From Planctomycetota bacterium (GTDB lineage Bacteria; Planctomycetota; Planctomycetia; Planctomycetales; Planctomycetaceae): a stretch of DNA of 34,399 nt. The DNA lies in the NCBI GenBank assembly GCA_013151585.1, contig JAADHY010000305.1:1-34399 (forward strand), written 5' to 3'. The notes beneath the pieces were generated by a model. That model saw only the letters and a list, made by a program, of their open reading frames with translations, was not told the origin of the DNA and searched no databases. Each line of letters begins with the position of its first letter. Position 1 is the stretch's first letter. Made by a program: the position numbers and the translations under genes. Shown piece after piece: positions 10,029 to 18,697 of this stretch.

Positions 10029-10116
10029 CCGCGGCCTGAGCCGCCGACGCCGCCACCAACAGCGCCGTCATCGCCGTCCCGAGCCCCCACAGACTAAGTC
10101 GACTCCACCGGAGCAT
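9988..10116 (-). other. Short ORF encoding a canonical Sec signal peptide, in a different frame from the downstream hypothetical gene and overlapping it
   Basis: Hand translation from ATG 10116: [42 protein letters not shown]. It has a basic n-region, a hydrophobic core and an AxA site. It overlaps the last codons of guaB and the first 41 nt of ORF 9225..10028. Confidence 0.3.
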
Positions 10117-11587
10117 ATTCGGTCGTGTAGTTCGGCGCTTCCTGCGTAATGACGATGTCATGAGGATGGTTCTCCCTAACCGATGCGGGTGAGATTTGGA
10201 TGAACCGGGCTTTGGTCCGCAGCTCAGCGATCGTCCGTGCGCCGAGATATCCCATTCCGGCCCGCAATCCTCCGATCAATTGGTACAAGAAACTGTGCAG
10301 CGGGCCTTTGTACGGAACGCGTCCTTCCACGCCTTCCGGGACCAGCTTCTGAGCGCCCGTTTTTCCATCTTCTTCAAACCGTCCTTGGCGATACCGTTCG
10401 CTACTACCGTGAACCATAGCTCCGAGCGAGCCCATGCCGCGATACCGCTTGAAGCTCCGTCCTTGGAACAGGATCAGTTCTCCGGGGCTTTCTTCCAGAC
10501 CGGCCAACAGCCCGCCGAGCATGACCGAGTGCGCGCCGGCGGCCAACGCTTTGGTGATGTCACCGCTGTAACGGATACCGCCGTCCGCAATGATGGGAAC
10601 CTCCGTCCCCGCGACTGCCCGCGCGGCGTTCGCCACGGCCGTCAATTGAGGCACTCCGACGCCGGAGATCACCCGGGTGGTGCAAATCGAACCGGGGCCG
10701 ATGCCCACCTTCACCGCGTCCGCCCCGGCCTGCACCAAGTCCCGTGCTCCGGACTCGGTGGCGACGTTGCCGGCAATCACCTCAATGTCGCTCCATCGCC
10801 TCTTGATCTCGCGGACCGTCTCCAGCACGTTGCGCGAGTGACCGTGAGCACTGTCCACGACCAGAACGTCGACGCCTTTCTCCAATAAGCACTCAATCCG
10901 CTCAAAGTCGTGGACCCCCACAGCCGCTCCCACACGGAGCCGGCCGCGCGAATCCTTCGAGGCCATGGGGAACTGCAAGTTCTTGTCTATGTCCTTTATC
11001 GTTATTAACCCCTTCAATTGATATTCTTCGTCAACCAGTAAAAGTTTCTCGACTTTATTTTCGAGCAAGATCTTCTGGGCTTCCTGTAATGTTGTATCCT
11101 CGTCGGCCGTGACCAAGTTATCTTTGGTCATGACCTCTTCGACGCGCGTTTCGGCCGACTCCAGAAACCGTAGGTCTCGACGCGTCAGAATCCCTTTCAG
11201 CTTCTTGCCTTCCGTAATCGGGACACCACCAATGTTGCGTTCGTCCATGATCCGCATGGCCTCGCCCACGGTGGCGTCCGGCGGAAGAGTCACCGGATCA
11301 ACGATCACTCCATGCTCACTCCGCTTGACCCGGTCCACTTCCAAGGCCTGCTGTTCAATCGACATGTTTTTGTGGATGATGCCGATCCCTCCCTCCTGAG
11401 CCAGGGCCACGGCCATTTCACTTTCCGTGACCGTATCCATCGGGCTGCTAACGACCGGGATGTTCAGCCGGATGTTCCGGGTCAATTGCGTGCTCACGTC
11501 CACTTCGCTGGGCATCACCTCGCTGTAAGCGGGCTCCAGCAGGACGTCATCAAACGTGAAACCCTGGTAGGCGATCCGCTCTCGCAT
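10094..11587 (-). CDS. guaB: Inosine-5'-monophosphate dehydrogenase
   Basis: Taken from ORF 10094..11791. The start is at ATG 11587 ([19 protein letters not shown], the canonical IMPDH N-terminus, with GGAG 8 nt upstream). It has a CBS pair and the catalytic loop [12 protein letters not shown]. Confidence 0.95.
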   Translation of the reverse strand: MRERIAYQGFTFDDVLLEPAYSEVMPSEVDVSTQLTRNIRLNIPVVSSPMDTVTESEMAVALAQEGGIGIIHKNMSIEQQALEVDRVKRSEHGVIVDPVTLPPDATVGEAMRIMDERNIGGVPITEGKKLKGILTRRDLRFLESAETRVEEVMTKDNLVTADEDTTLQEAQKILLENKVEKLLLVDEEYQLKGLITIKDIDKNLQFPMASKDSRGRLRVGAAVGVHDFERIECLLEKGVDVLVVDSAHGHSRNVLETVREIKRRWSDIEVIAGNVATESGARDLVQAGADAVKVGIGPGSICTTRVISGVGVPQLTAVANAARAVAGTEVPIIADGGIRYSGDITKALAAGAHSVMLGGLLAGLEESPGELILFQGRSFKRYRGMGSLGAMVHGSSERYRQGRFEEDGKTGAQKLVPEGVEGRVPYKGPLHSFLYQLIGGLRAGMGYLGARTIAELRTKARFIQISPASVRENHPHDIVITQEAPNYTTEYAPVEST

Positions 11588-11643
11588 AACGTAGACTCCG
11601 CGTGTCAAAAGCTCTGTATTCTGCCTTCTTTGTGCGTTTTCTC

Positions 11644-12576
11644 TCATCGGCTTGCGGGCTCTGGGCCCCCCGCGTCTGCGATGGCTCGCCGCAGCCGATT
11701 CGACAGCTCCACCAGCGTTTCGACGTCGAGCTGCTCGGCTCGCGTATTCTGGTCGATTGCCAAGCTTTGCAGCACCGCGTCGACTTCGCACTTTTCCAGT
11801 TGCTTGCGGTACATCCCCACGAGAACTCGCCGCAAAAACTTCCGTCGCTGATGGAACAGCCGTCGCAAAAAATCGTGGAAGAATTCACGATCCTCGATTT
11901 GCCGTTGTCGCTCAGCGTCGGGGGAAATCCGCAAAATGGCCGAAAAAACCTTCGGTCGCGGCCAGAAAACGGTTGGTGCCAGTTTTCTTAGAATCTTGGC
12001 CTGACACTGCGACTGAATCCACACGGACAGCGCGCCGTACTGCGAAGAACTCGGGGCGGCGGTCATTTTTTGTGCCAACTCAAGTTGAATCGTGACCACC
12101 ATTCGCTCCCACGGAAGATCGGTAGCGACCAAATTCGAAACGACAGGCGTCGCAATGTTGAACGGCAGGTTCGAGACGAGCTTGAATCGTCGGCCGGGTT
12201 CCGTCCGGAGCTGCTGCTGAACGAGCTGCAGGATTTCCGGATCGAGCGTGTTCTTGTTTCTCAACGCGTCGCGGTTCAGAAGCGTGACGTTGGGAAACGA
12301 CTGAACGGCCTCCTGAGCCAGTTGAAACATGCTGCGGTCGACTTCGACCGAAACGACATGGGCCGCGTTCTGAGCGAGAAAAGTCGTCAGCCCCCCCGTC
12401 CCGGCGCCGACTTCCAACACGACGTCTCGGGAACTGACCTCCGCCTGCCGAACGATGTACTCGACCAGGTTCAGATCGATGAGGAAGTTCTGTCCGAGAT
12501 CGGTGCGCGGATGGAACCCATGCCGCTCGAACAGCTCCATCAAATAGGACCGTGTCTGACGGGCCGCTTCTTTCAT
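11644..12576 (-). CDS. rsmA: 16S rRNA (adenine1518/1519-N6)-dimethyltransferase
   Basis: Motifs are [10 protein letters not shown], the SAM motif [12 protein letters not shown], and [10 protein letters not shown]. The longest ORF starts at 12657. I prefer ATG 12576 ([21 protein letters not shown]...), but the start is uncertain. Confidence 0.88.
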   Translation of the reverse strand: MKEAARQTRSYLMELFERHGFHPRTDLGQNFLIDLNLVEYIVRQAEVSSRDVVLEVGAGTGGLTTFLAQNAAHVVSVEVDRSMFQLAQEAVQSFPNVTLLNRDALRNKNTLDPEILQLVQQQLRTEPGRRFKLVSNLPFNIATPVVSNLVATDLPWERMVVTIQLELAQKMTAAPSSSQYGALSVWIQSQCQAKILRKLAPTVFWPRPKVFSAILRISPDAERQRQIEDREFFHDFLRRLFHQRRKFLRRVLVGMYRKQLEKCEVDAVLQSLAIDQNTRAEQLDVETLVELSNRLRRAIADAGGPEPASR

Positions 12577-12724
12577 CGAAGGTTGGTGGTCTCCTGAAGT
12601 CTTTCCCGGCCGAAATCTCCCATCGACCGACGGGGGGCGAGTGAGGTTCGGAAACATTCAGACGAAAGGCCATTCCCGCCAACACACGCCCGTGCCCTCT
12701 ACTTCCCGGCCGAACGAAAGTCTC

Positions 12725-13537
12725 TCAAATCTGCCGCGTCTTGTGAAGTCGCTGGGCGACTGTTCGCATCCACAGAGCTCGTACGGGCGATGCGAACGCA
12801 TACCAGCCGAAAATCAAAGGGACGGCCATCTCTCGGACCATGTAGACGACCGCCGCTGTGAAGACGAGCTGAATTAGGTGCTGCCGGCTCCGCTGTCCGT
12901 GGAAAAGCTGGTTGAAAACATGGGCGTACTGAATGCGGGAGACCATCAGACACGCGACGGCCAACGTGAAGAAAGGCAGGGCCAGTTTCATGGCTGGCAG
13001 CAGCCATTGGGCGATCTGCTGCGCGCGAGGGTCGATGCCGGCTTCGGCCAACTTCAGCAGTCCGTGCTGTGCGATCGGGAAGGATGCCACCGTCCCGGCT
13101 GCGGCCGGTGACGGCAACCCGCTGAAGAACTCATGCGTATCGTCATCGTCCGTTTCCACGTTGAACCGAGCCAACCGCAGGACGGCACAGATGACAAACA
13201 AAGCCGCGATCACCCACAGGAGCCGACCGTGATAGTCGCGGCAGAATTGAAGCATCAGAAATGCCGGGGCCACTCCGCAACTGATCGCGTCACAGAGGCT
13301 GTCGAGAAAGGCGCCGAAGTCGCTGGTCTGGCGGGCCCACCGTGCGGCGCTGCCGTCGAGCATGTCAAAAAGCATTGCCAGAAAGATCAGCAGAGAGGCG
13401 ATCAGCAGCGGATCCAGTCCCTCCGTCGGCTCGGGCCCGACTTTAGCAGCAAACGTAATGCTGCCGAATCCACAGGCCGCGTTGCCCAACGTCAACAGCG
13501 TGGGCAGAACGGCAAACATTTTCTCTCGCTTGCTCAT
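12725..13537 (-). CDS. pssA: CDP-diacylglycerol--serine O-phosphatidyltransferase (CDP-alcohol phosphatidyltransferase family)
   Basis: It carries the CDP-OH-P-transferase motif DMLDGSAARWARQTSDFGAFLDSLCD and several TM helices. The start is taken at ATG 13537 (MSKREKMFAVLPTLLTLGN). The upstream part of the 334-aa ORF is Arg/Gly-rich and not protein-like. Confidence 0.85.
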   Translation of the reverse strand: MSKREKMFAVLPTLLTLGNAACGFGSITFAAKVGPEPTEGLDPLLIASLLIFLAMLFDMLDGSAARWARQTSDFGAFLDSLCDAISCGVAPAFLMLQFCRDYHGRLLWVIAALFVICAVLRLARFNVETDDDDTHEFFSGLPSPAAAGTVASFPIAQHGLLKLAEAGIDPRAQQIAQWLLPAMKLALPFFTLAVACLMVSRIQYAHVFNQLFHGQRSRQHLIQLVFTAAVVYMVREMAVPLIFGWYAFASPVRALWMRTVAQRLHKTRQI

Positions 13538-13611
13538 CGCTCCTGCGCCTTGTTGGCGACACCTCCGTCGGCTCGACGGTATCCCGTTTCCCTGCCGCGC
13601 TGATGAGGGAA

Positions 13612-14715
13612 TCAAGCCCTTCCCTGGCCGTTTTCTGATTCGCGATCGCTCGCCACGCTTTCGTCTGTCTTCTCGTAAACCGCCAACACCGACTGTCCCG
13701 CTCGGACGGCGTCGCCCGCTCGGACACAAATTCGAAGTCCAGGTTCGTCGGGCAGAACCAGCTCAGTCCGGGACCCCAACTTAATCAGGCCGAACGGCTC
13801 GCCTCGCGCAAGCACGTCCCCCGGCTTGACCCAACAAACGATCCGCCGAGCCACCGCTCCGGCGATTTGCCGAACGATCATTCGTCGGTACGGAGGCTCG
13901 TTTTCCTCCAGGCGGACGGCCAATTGTTCGTTTTCCCGAGCCGATTCCGGCCGCAGCGCGTTCAGGAACTTGCCGCGTCGGTATCGGAGTCCGATGACTC
14001 GGCACGCTGTCGGAGTGCGGTTGATATGAACATTAAAGATCGACAAGAATATCCCAATCACCACCGCAGGGCCGCCGACGAATTGATTCTCATCGATCCG
14101 TTCGATGGAAACAACCTTGCCATCCGCCGGGGCAACGACCTGTCCGGGCTCTCGCGGAATCTCCCGCCGCGGGTCTCGAAAGAACCAAACGATCAGCAGG
14201 CCGACTCCGGTCAGTGTACCACAGACCGGCCAGAGAATGGCGGCCATCAGCCCCGAGGCCGTGCTCGCGACTGCGCCGGCCCAAGCCGCCAGAGCGAAAC
14301 TCAGCCCGCCGAGCAGTACCAGCTCCGCCAATCCCGCCCGAGCAAAGGGCAGCCGATCCCGCCAGCGGAATGGATCATCCTTTTCATCCCACCAATAGCC
14401 ATTCTGGTTGCGGTAGTACTTCAAGTCGCGCGGGTCAAGGACATCATGAGGACAGCGGTTCTGATCGCCGTGCCGCAACGCTTGCATCCGAGCCACGTAG
14501 CCCTTCCGGAAGGTCCGCAGGTACCAGCGCCGAACCGCTCCCCATGCCAACTCGAGCTCTTTGACGACTCCGCCTCCCGGTTGGATGTCCGTCAATTGTG
14601 GATCCATCGGCTCAAGCGGCAAGCGCGTAGCAGTGTCCGTGACCGCCGCTCGGTCTGCATCGCAAACTTCTGGCACGGCCGTCGCCGAGCCTTGGGAATC
14701 ATCCGCTTTTGTCAT
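13612..14715 (-). CDS. psd: Phosphatidylserine decarboxylase proenzyme (short/type-II PSD core) with an unusual ~125-aa N-terminal extension
   Basis: The core is GKVVSIERI..FLSIFNVHINRTP..GEPFGLIKLGSRTELVLP, where the GS is the self-cleavage site. Two TM helices lie before the core. The start is taken at ATG 14715, with AGGAG 10 nt upstream; the longest ORF starts at 14763. Confidence 0.85.
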   Translation of the reverse strand: MTKADDSQGSATAVPEVCDADRAAVTDTATRLPLEPMDPQLTDIQPGGGVVKELELAWGAVRRWYLRTFRKGYVARMQALRHGDQNRCPHDVLDPRDLKYYRNQNGYWWDEKDDPFRWRDRLPFARAGLAELVLLGGLSFALAAWAGAVASTASGLMAAILWPVCGTLTGVGLLIVWFFRDPRREIPREPGQVVAPADGKVVSIERIDENQFVGGPAVVIGIFLSIFNVHINRTPTACRVIGLRYRRGKFLNALRPESARENEQLAVRLEENEPPYRRMIVRQIAGAVARRIVCWVKPGDVLARGEPFGLIKLGSRTELVLPDEPGLRICVRAGDAVRAGQSVLAVYEKTDESVASDRESENGQGRA

Positions 14716-15060
14716 GCGCGATCGGCTCCTTCGTAACTGACGTGGTGGTCCGGAACCGCCCACGAGCTGCTCGGAATAGGATCACCCGACGAGATGCGAA
14801 TCAGCCAGCGCCGACTCGCCTACGGCCCACGAGGTCCAAACACCGTGATCGTGCTCATTTGGCGCCAGACCGTCCGCCGAGCCGAACACGGCAGCCGCGA
14901 AGCTTCAAATGGTCTCGGCCACAACTGGCGATTATTGCACAACGACTGCTGACGGGCCAGAGCCACATGGGGCGAAAGAACCGGCCAACCGGTGGCCGCT
15001 TGAGCCCAAACTGATCCCTATACGTCGTCAGGTCGAGAGGCTGCACAGGCATTCCGTCTG

Positions 15061-15675
15061 TCAGCCAAGGAAAACGCGGTTTGAACTTTTGAAAACGGAT
15101 TGGAGGGCCGCGCGGCCCGCAGAGGTGGCGCGGAATACTTGGTAAGTCCCCCAGCCGTCCGCCCCTTCGGCGAGAGGGCCGGCAGCTCCGTCCGGCAACC
15201 GCCAGCAAGGGCGCGTCAGGAACTCCGCTAACGCCGCTCGTTCGGCCGGCACAAAGACTTCGCCACTTAAGAGCAGCGCGTATCCGTATTCCTCCAACGC
15301 CGCCCAGGGCAGCCGTTCGACATCCGTGCTGAGCCACAAGTTGCGCAAAGATGATGAGGATCCGGACCAGTCAACAGCAGGGTTGTGTAACAAGTCGATC
15401 GCGTCCCAGGGGCAGACTCTCAATGTGAAAAACCGCGTGCTGTCCCGTGGTGAGCGGTAACACAACTGGCACCCGATACAACGCGACGTGTCGACTTGGT
15501 GGTAACTTTCCGACGGCATTCCGCTGGGGACTTCGAAGATGCAGTCCACCGGGCAGACTGTAGCGCAGGCTCCGCACGAGGTGCAGGCGTCTTTGTCGAT
15601 CACGGCGAGATATCGCGGCTCTTTCTTCCGGTCATTCCTGCGGCTGCGGAAGTAGTCGTGCACAGCGATGGTCAT
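15061..15675 (-). CDS. 4Fe-4S dicluster ferredoxin-domain protein with an uncharacterised ~110-aa C-terminal domain
   Basis: The first cluster motif is CTSCGACATVCP. The second is CIGCQLC followed by a 15-residue insert and then CP. The C-terminal half matches no motif I recognise. Confidence 0.75.
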   Translation of the reverse strand: MTIAVHDYFRSRRNDRKKEPRYLAVIDKDACTSCGACATVCPVDCIFEVPSGMPSESYHQVDTSRCIGCQLCYRSPRDSTRFFTLRVCPWDAIDLLHNPAVDWSGSSSSLRNLWLSTDVERLPWAALEEYGYALLLSGEVFVPAERAALAEFLTRPCWRLPDGAAGPLAEGADGWGTYQVFRATSAGRAALQSVFKSSNRVFLG

Positions 15676-16035
15676 GGCGTTTCAAGCGGTCGGGGAAAAC
15701 GGAAAAAAACGAGGCAGAATGATCCGGGGGCCCTCCGTCCGTTGTCTCGGACGAGTTGGCCAGATGACGCCGCCCGTTTGCGAGTCGCGCGTCCCAAAGG
15801 CAGACTCCTTCCCCCGCGCCCCCCGACTGACCTCAGTGTGGCTCTTACTCGAAGAGTGAACCGCAACGATCAGCCTGCGGGTGGCCGTGACGCAGCGCGC
15901 TCTGCCAAGCCGGTGGCCGCTCCGGTGACCTCGCGGCCGTTCTAGCCCGTCGATGAGCTTAAGCGCGTAAACCTCAGAATAGGAGCCGCGTCCGACCTTG
16001 TCCACTCAAATTGCTGTTTCCCGAACACCCTTGTC

Positions 16036-16065
16036 TTGGAGAAGTGCGCCGCGGACCGCTACAAT
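16036..16065 (+). promoter_or_regulatory. Candidate sigma-70-type promoter for infA-rnhA (TTGGAG-N18-TACAAT)
   Basis: TTGGAG lies at 16036-16041 and TACAAT at 16060-16065, about 130 nt upstream of the infA ATG. AAGGAGG is at 16076-16082. This is sequence resemblance only, and the spacer is 1 nt longer than optimal. Confidence 0.3.
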
Positions 16066-16194
16066 GAAACGTCAGTCGAGGCCCAGATGAGATCGTGTTC
16101 GAGAAGAGGGGCGTGGAGCGTCCGGGATGTTCGGGCTCTGGACCGCCCGAGTCGAGTTTGGTGAGGCATTCTCAGAAGGAGGCACAGAAGGTTT

Positions 16195-16413
16195 ATGGCG
16201 AAAGAGGAGCCGATCGAGGCGGAAGGAACAGTTGTTGAAGCGTTGGCGAACACGCAGTTTCGCGTGGAACTGGATAACGGCCATCGGATTCTCGCTCACG
16301 TGGCCGGCAAGATGCGGAAGCATTTCATCCGCATCGTTCCTGGCGACCGCGTGGTCGTGGAGATTTCCCCCTACGACTTGAATCGCGGACGTATTGTGTA
16401 CCGCGAACGCTGA
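16195..16413 (+). CDS. infA: Translation initiation factor IF-1
   Basis: The 72-aa product [72 protein letters not shown] is the canonical IF-1 S1-fold sequence. Confidence 0.97.
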   Translation: MAKEEPIEAEGTVVEALANTQFRVELDNGHRILAHVAGKMRKHFIRIVPGDRVVVEISPYDLNRGRIVYRER

Positions 16414-16466
16414 TTCCTTTGTGAATCACCCTGCCCTTTCCATCACGCCATTGATTCTTACCGCCC

Positions 16467-16940
16467 ATGGCTACGCGACCCCGGTCGAAGCTGCCGACCG
16501 TTCAGTTGTTCACAGACGGGGCATGCAAAGGTAATCCCGGTCCCGGCGGTTGGGCGTGGATTCTGCGCCATGTCGAGTCGGGAACTGAGAAAGCCGATTC
16601 GGGGGGCGAACCCAAAACGACGAACAACCGCATGGAGTTGCTGGCGGTCATCAACGGTCTGCGAGCTCTGAAGCGCCGCGCGAACGTCGAGGTGATCACC
16701 GACAGCGTTTATGTCGCCCGCGGAAGCCAAGAATGGATGCCGCAGTGGAAGCAAAACGGTTGGCGGCGTCGCGAAGGCGGTCGTTGGCGTCCGGTAAAAA
16801 ACGTGGAGCTGTGGCAACAACTCGACAAGCTCCTCTCTCGACACCAAGTCCGATTCACTCTGGTTCGCGGCCACAGCGGCCATCCGGAAAACGAACGTTG
16901 CGACCGGATGGCGGTCGAGCAGGCCGCGCGCTACGCGTAG
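16467..16940 (+). CDS. rnhA: Ribonuclease HI
   Basis: Catalytic DEDD context is present: LFTDGAC, NNRMELLAVINGL, ITDSVYV and RGHSGHPENERCDRMA. Confidence 0.93.
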   Translation: MATRPRSKLPTVQLFTDGACKGNPGPGGWAWILRHVESGTEKADSGGEPKTTNNRMELLAVINGLRALKRRANVEVITDSVYVARGSQEWMPQWKQNGWRRREGGRWRPVKNVELWQQLDKLLSRHQVRFTLVRGHSGHPENERCDRMAVEQAARYA

Positions 16941-17071
16941 TTATCCTTAAATCCCACGCAAATCGGACACAAAAGAAAACGTGGCACGACAAACGGGCAA
17001 CGCCCGGGGGAGCTGGCGCCGTTTGGAGGGTATCTCGGTTCGCGACGTGTCATGCGGACCGGCGGTCTGGG

Positions 17072-18469
17072 CTACTTGCCGATGCAGAATTTACTGAAGA
17101 TACGATCAAGAATGTCGTCGGTGTAGACAGTGCCGAGGACCTGCCCCAGTTGGTCGAGGGCGTCGCGGAGTTCGATGGCGACCAGTTCTTCGCCCCACCC
17201 GGCTTCGGCTGCTTGCTTCGCTCGGTCCATGGCCGCGATCGCGCCGGATAGCGTATCGCGGCAGCGGGCGGCTGTGGTGCCGAGCATGTGTCGCTCCCCG
17301 GTCGGGCTTCCGGCAAGTTGTTCGCCGATCGCGCGGCGGAGCCGGTCGAGTCCGTCTCCGCGCGTCGCACTGACTCGGAGTGTCTCGGTCCGGGGCTCTT
17401 GGGGTGTAGTGGTTGGCTCCTCAGCCAAATCCGCTTTGGTCCAGACGCGCAGGACCGGAATGGTGCCTTGGGCCGCGCGGTGAAAGTGCGCCTCGTCTTG
17501 CCGGCACGCGTCGACATCGAAATCGAGGGCCGAGCACCAGATTATCAAGTCCGCGTGCCGCACTTGCTGATCGCGCAAGTCCTGGGCCGCTTGCATGAGC
17601 CCCGCTGCGATTCGCTCCCAGCCGGCCGTGTCCACCAAATCGATGGTCAGACCTTCCCACTCGACCGTCTCGACCAGATAATCCCGCGTCGTTCCCTGGA
17701 CCTGGGACACCAGCGCGGCCGCCCGTCCGACCAACGCGTTGAATAAGGTGCTCTTGCCTGCGTTTGGCAAGCCCGCCAGGACGACTCGCCACCGGCCGGT
17801 GGACTGCATTCGTGCGGTCGCCTGGTCCAGCAATTGCTGGAGCTGCTGGCGGCATGCAGAGACGCGTGCGGCCAAAGTCGGTCGGTCGATGAACTCGATG
17901 TCTTCCTCCACGAAATCCAGACCGGCTTCCAAGTCGGCCAGCAGTTCCAACAAGGTCTGCTGGATGGCGACGATCCGACTGGACACCCCGCCCGCCAGTT
18001 GCTCCAGCGCTGTTTTCAGCTCGCGATCGTCATGCGCCTCGACGACCCCTAGCACAGCCTCGGCCTGGACCAGATCGATCCGCCCCGCCAGGAACGCTCG
18101 CAACGTGAATTCGCCGGGCCGAGCCGGGCGAGCTCCGGCCTGAAAGAGCCGGTCCAGCAAAGCTTCCAGGAGCGGCGGCGCCCCGATCGTGTGCAGCTCG
18201 GCCATCGGCTGTCCTGTGTAGCTCCGAGAAGTCGGCCAAAGATAGACAGCGACGGGTAGCTGGACGGAACCGCCGGGGAGTGAAAAAACGCTGGGGATTC
18301 GTTCCGGGCGACGCGTCTTCGACCAGTCGCAGGGCGTGGACTTTTCCAACGTGGCGTCGAGCACACTCGGCACATCGCCTCCACTGACGCGGACGATGCC
18401 ACGTCCAGCCGGGCCCGGGGCCGACGCGAGCGCCGCAATGGTGTCGTCAAGATCAAACTGCGCCATCAC
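17072..18469 (-). CDS. mnmE: tRNA uridine-5-carboxymethylaminomethyl modification GTPase
   Basis: The N-terminus is DTIAALASAPG. The G domain shows GLPNAGKSTLFNAL, DTAGWE and TKADL. The C-terminal signature is FCIGK. Confidence 0.95.
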   Translation of the reverse strand: MMAQFDLDDTIAALASAPGPAGRGIVRVSGGDVPSVLDATLEKSTPCDWSKTRRPERIPSVFSLPGGSVQLPVAVYLWPTSRSYTGQPMAELHTIGAPPLLEALLDRLFQAGARPARPGEFTLRAFLAGRIDLVQAEAVLGVVEAHDDRELKTALEQLAGGVSSRIVAIQQTLLELLADLEAGLDFVEEDIEFIDRPTLAARVSACRQQLQQLLDQATARMQSTGRWRVVLAGLPNAGKSTLFNALVGRAAALVSQVQGTTRDYLVETVEWEGLTIDLVDTAGWERIAAGLMQAAQDLRDQQVRHADLIIWCSALDFDVDACRQDEAHFHRAAQGTIPVLRVWTKADLAEEPTTTPQEPRTETLRVSATRGDGLDRLRRAIGEQLAGSPTGERHMLGTTAARCRDTLSGAIAAMDRAKQAAEAGWGEELVAIELRDALDQLGQVLGTVYTDDILDRIFSKFCIGK

Positions 18470-18697
18470 GAAACTGCGCCCTTACGGTCAGAAAGCCCCC
18501 GAGCCTCGCGACTTCCAGCAAGCCGCCTCACGCCCACGGTTCACCAGTCGTAGCCGAACTTGTTTGGCGCCCCGCAGGGAAACGGGCCAAAGCCTGCGCG
18601 GCTCTAGGCTACCAAAGCCTGTGCAGTCCAGCTTTGTTCGGTCGATGACTCGGCTGCGGCAGGTCGCGCGGCAATGCTTTGCGCGAATGGTCGCGAG

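Noticed and set aside
11588-11791. 68-codon N-terminal extension of the guaB ORF
   Set aside because: The extension is Arg-rich and overlaps the 3' end of rsmA. The canonical IMPDH N-terminus begins at ATG 11587. The same reasoning applies to the extensions of cpaF (29630-29977), pssA (13538-13729) and the sulfatase (4095-4172).
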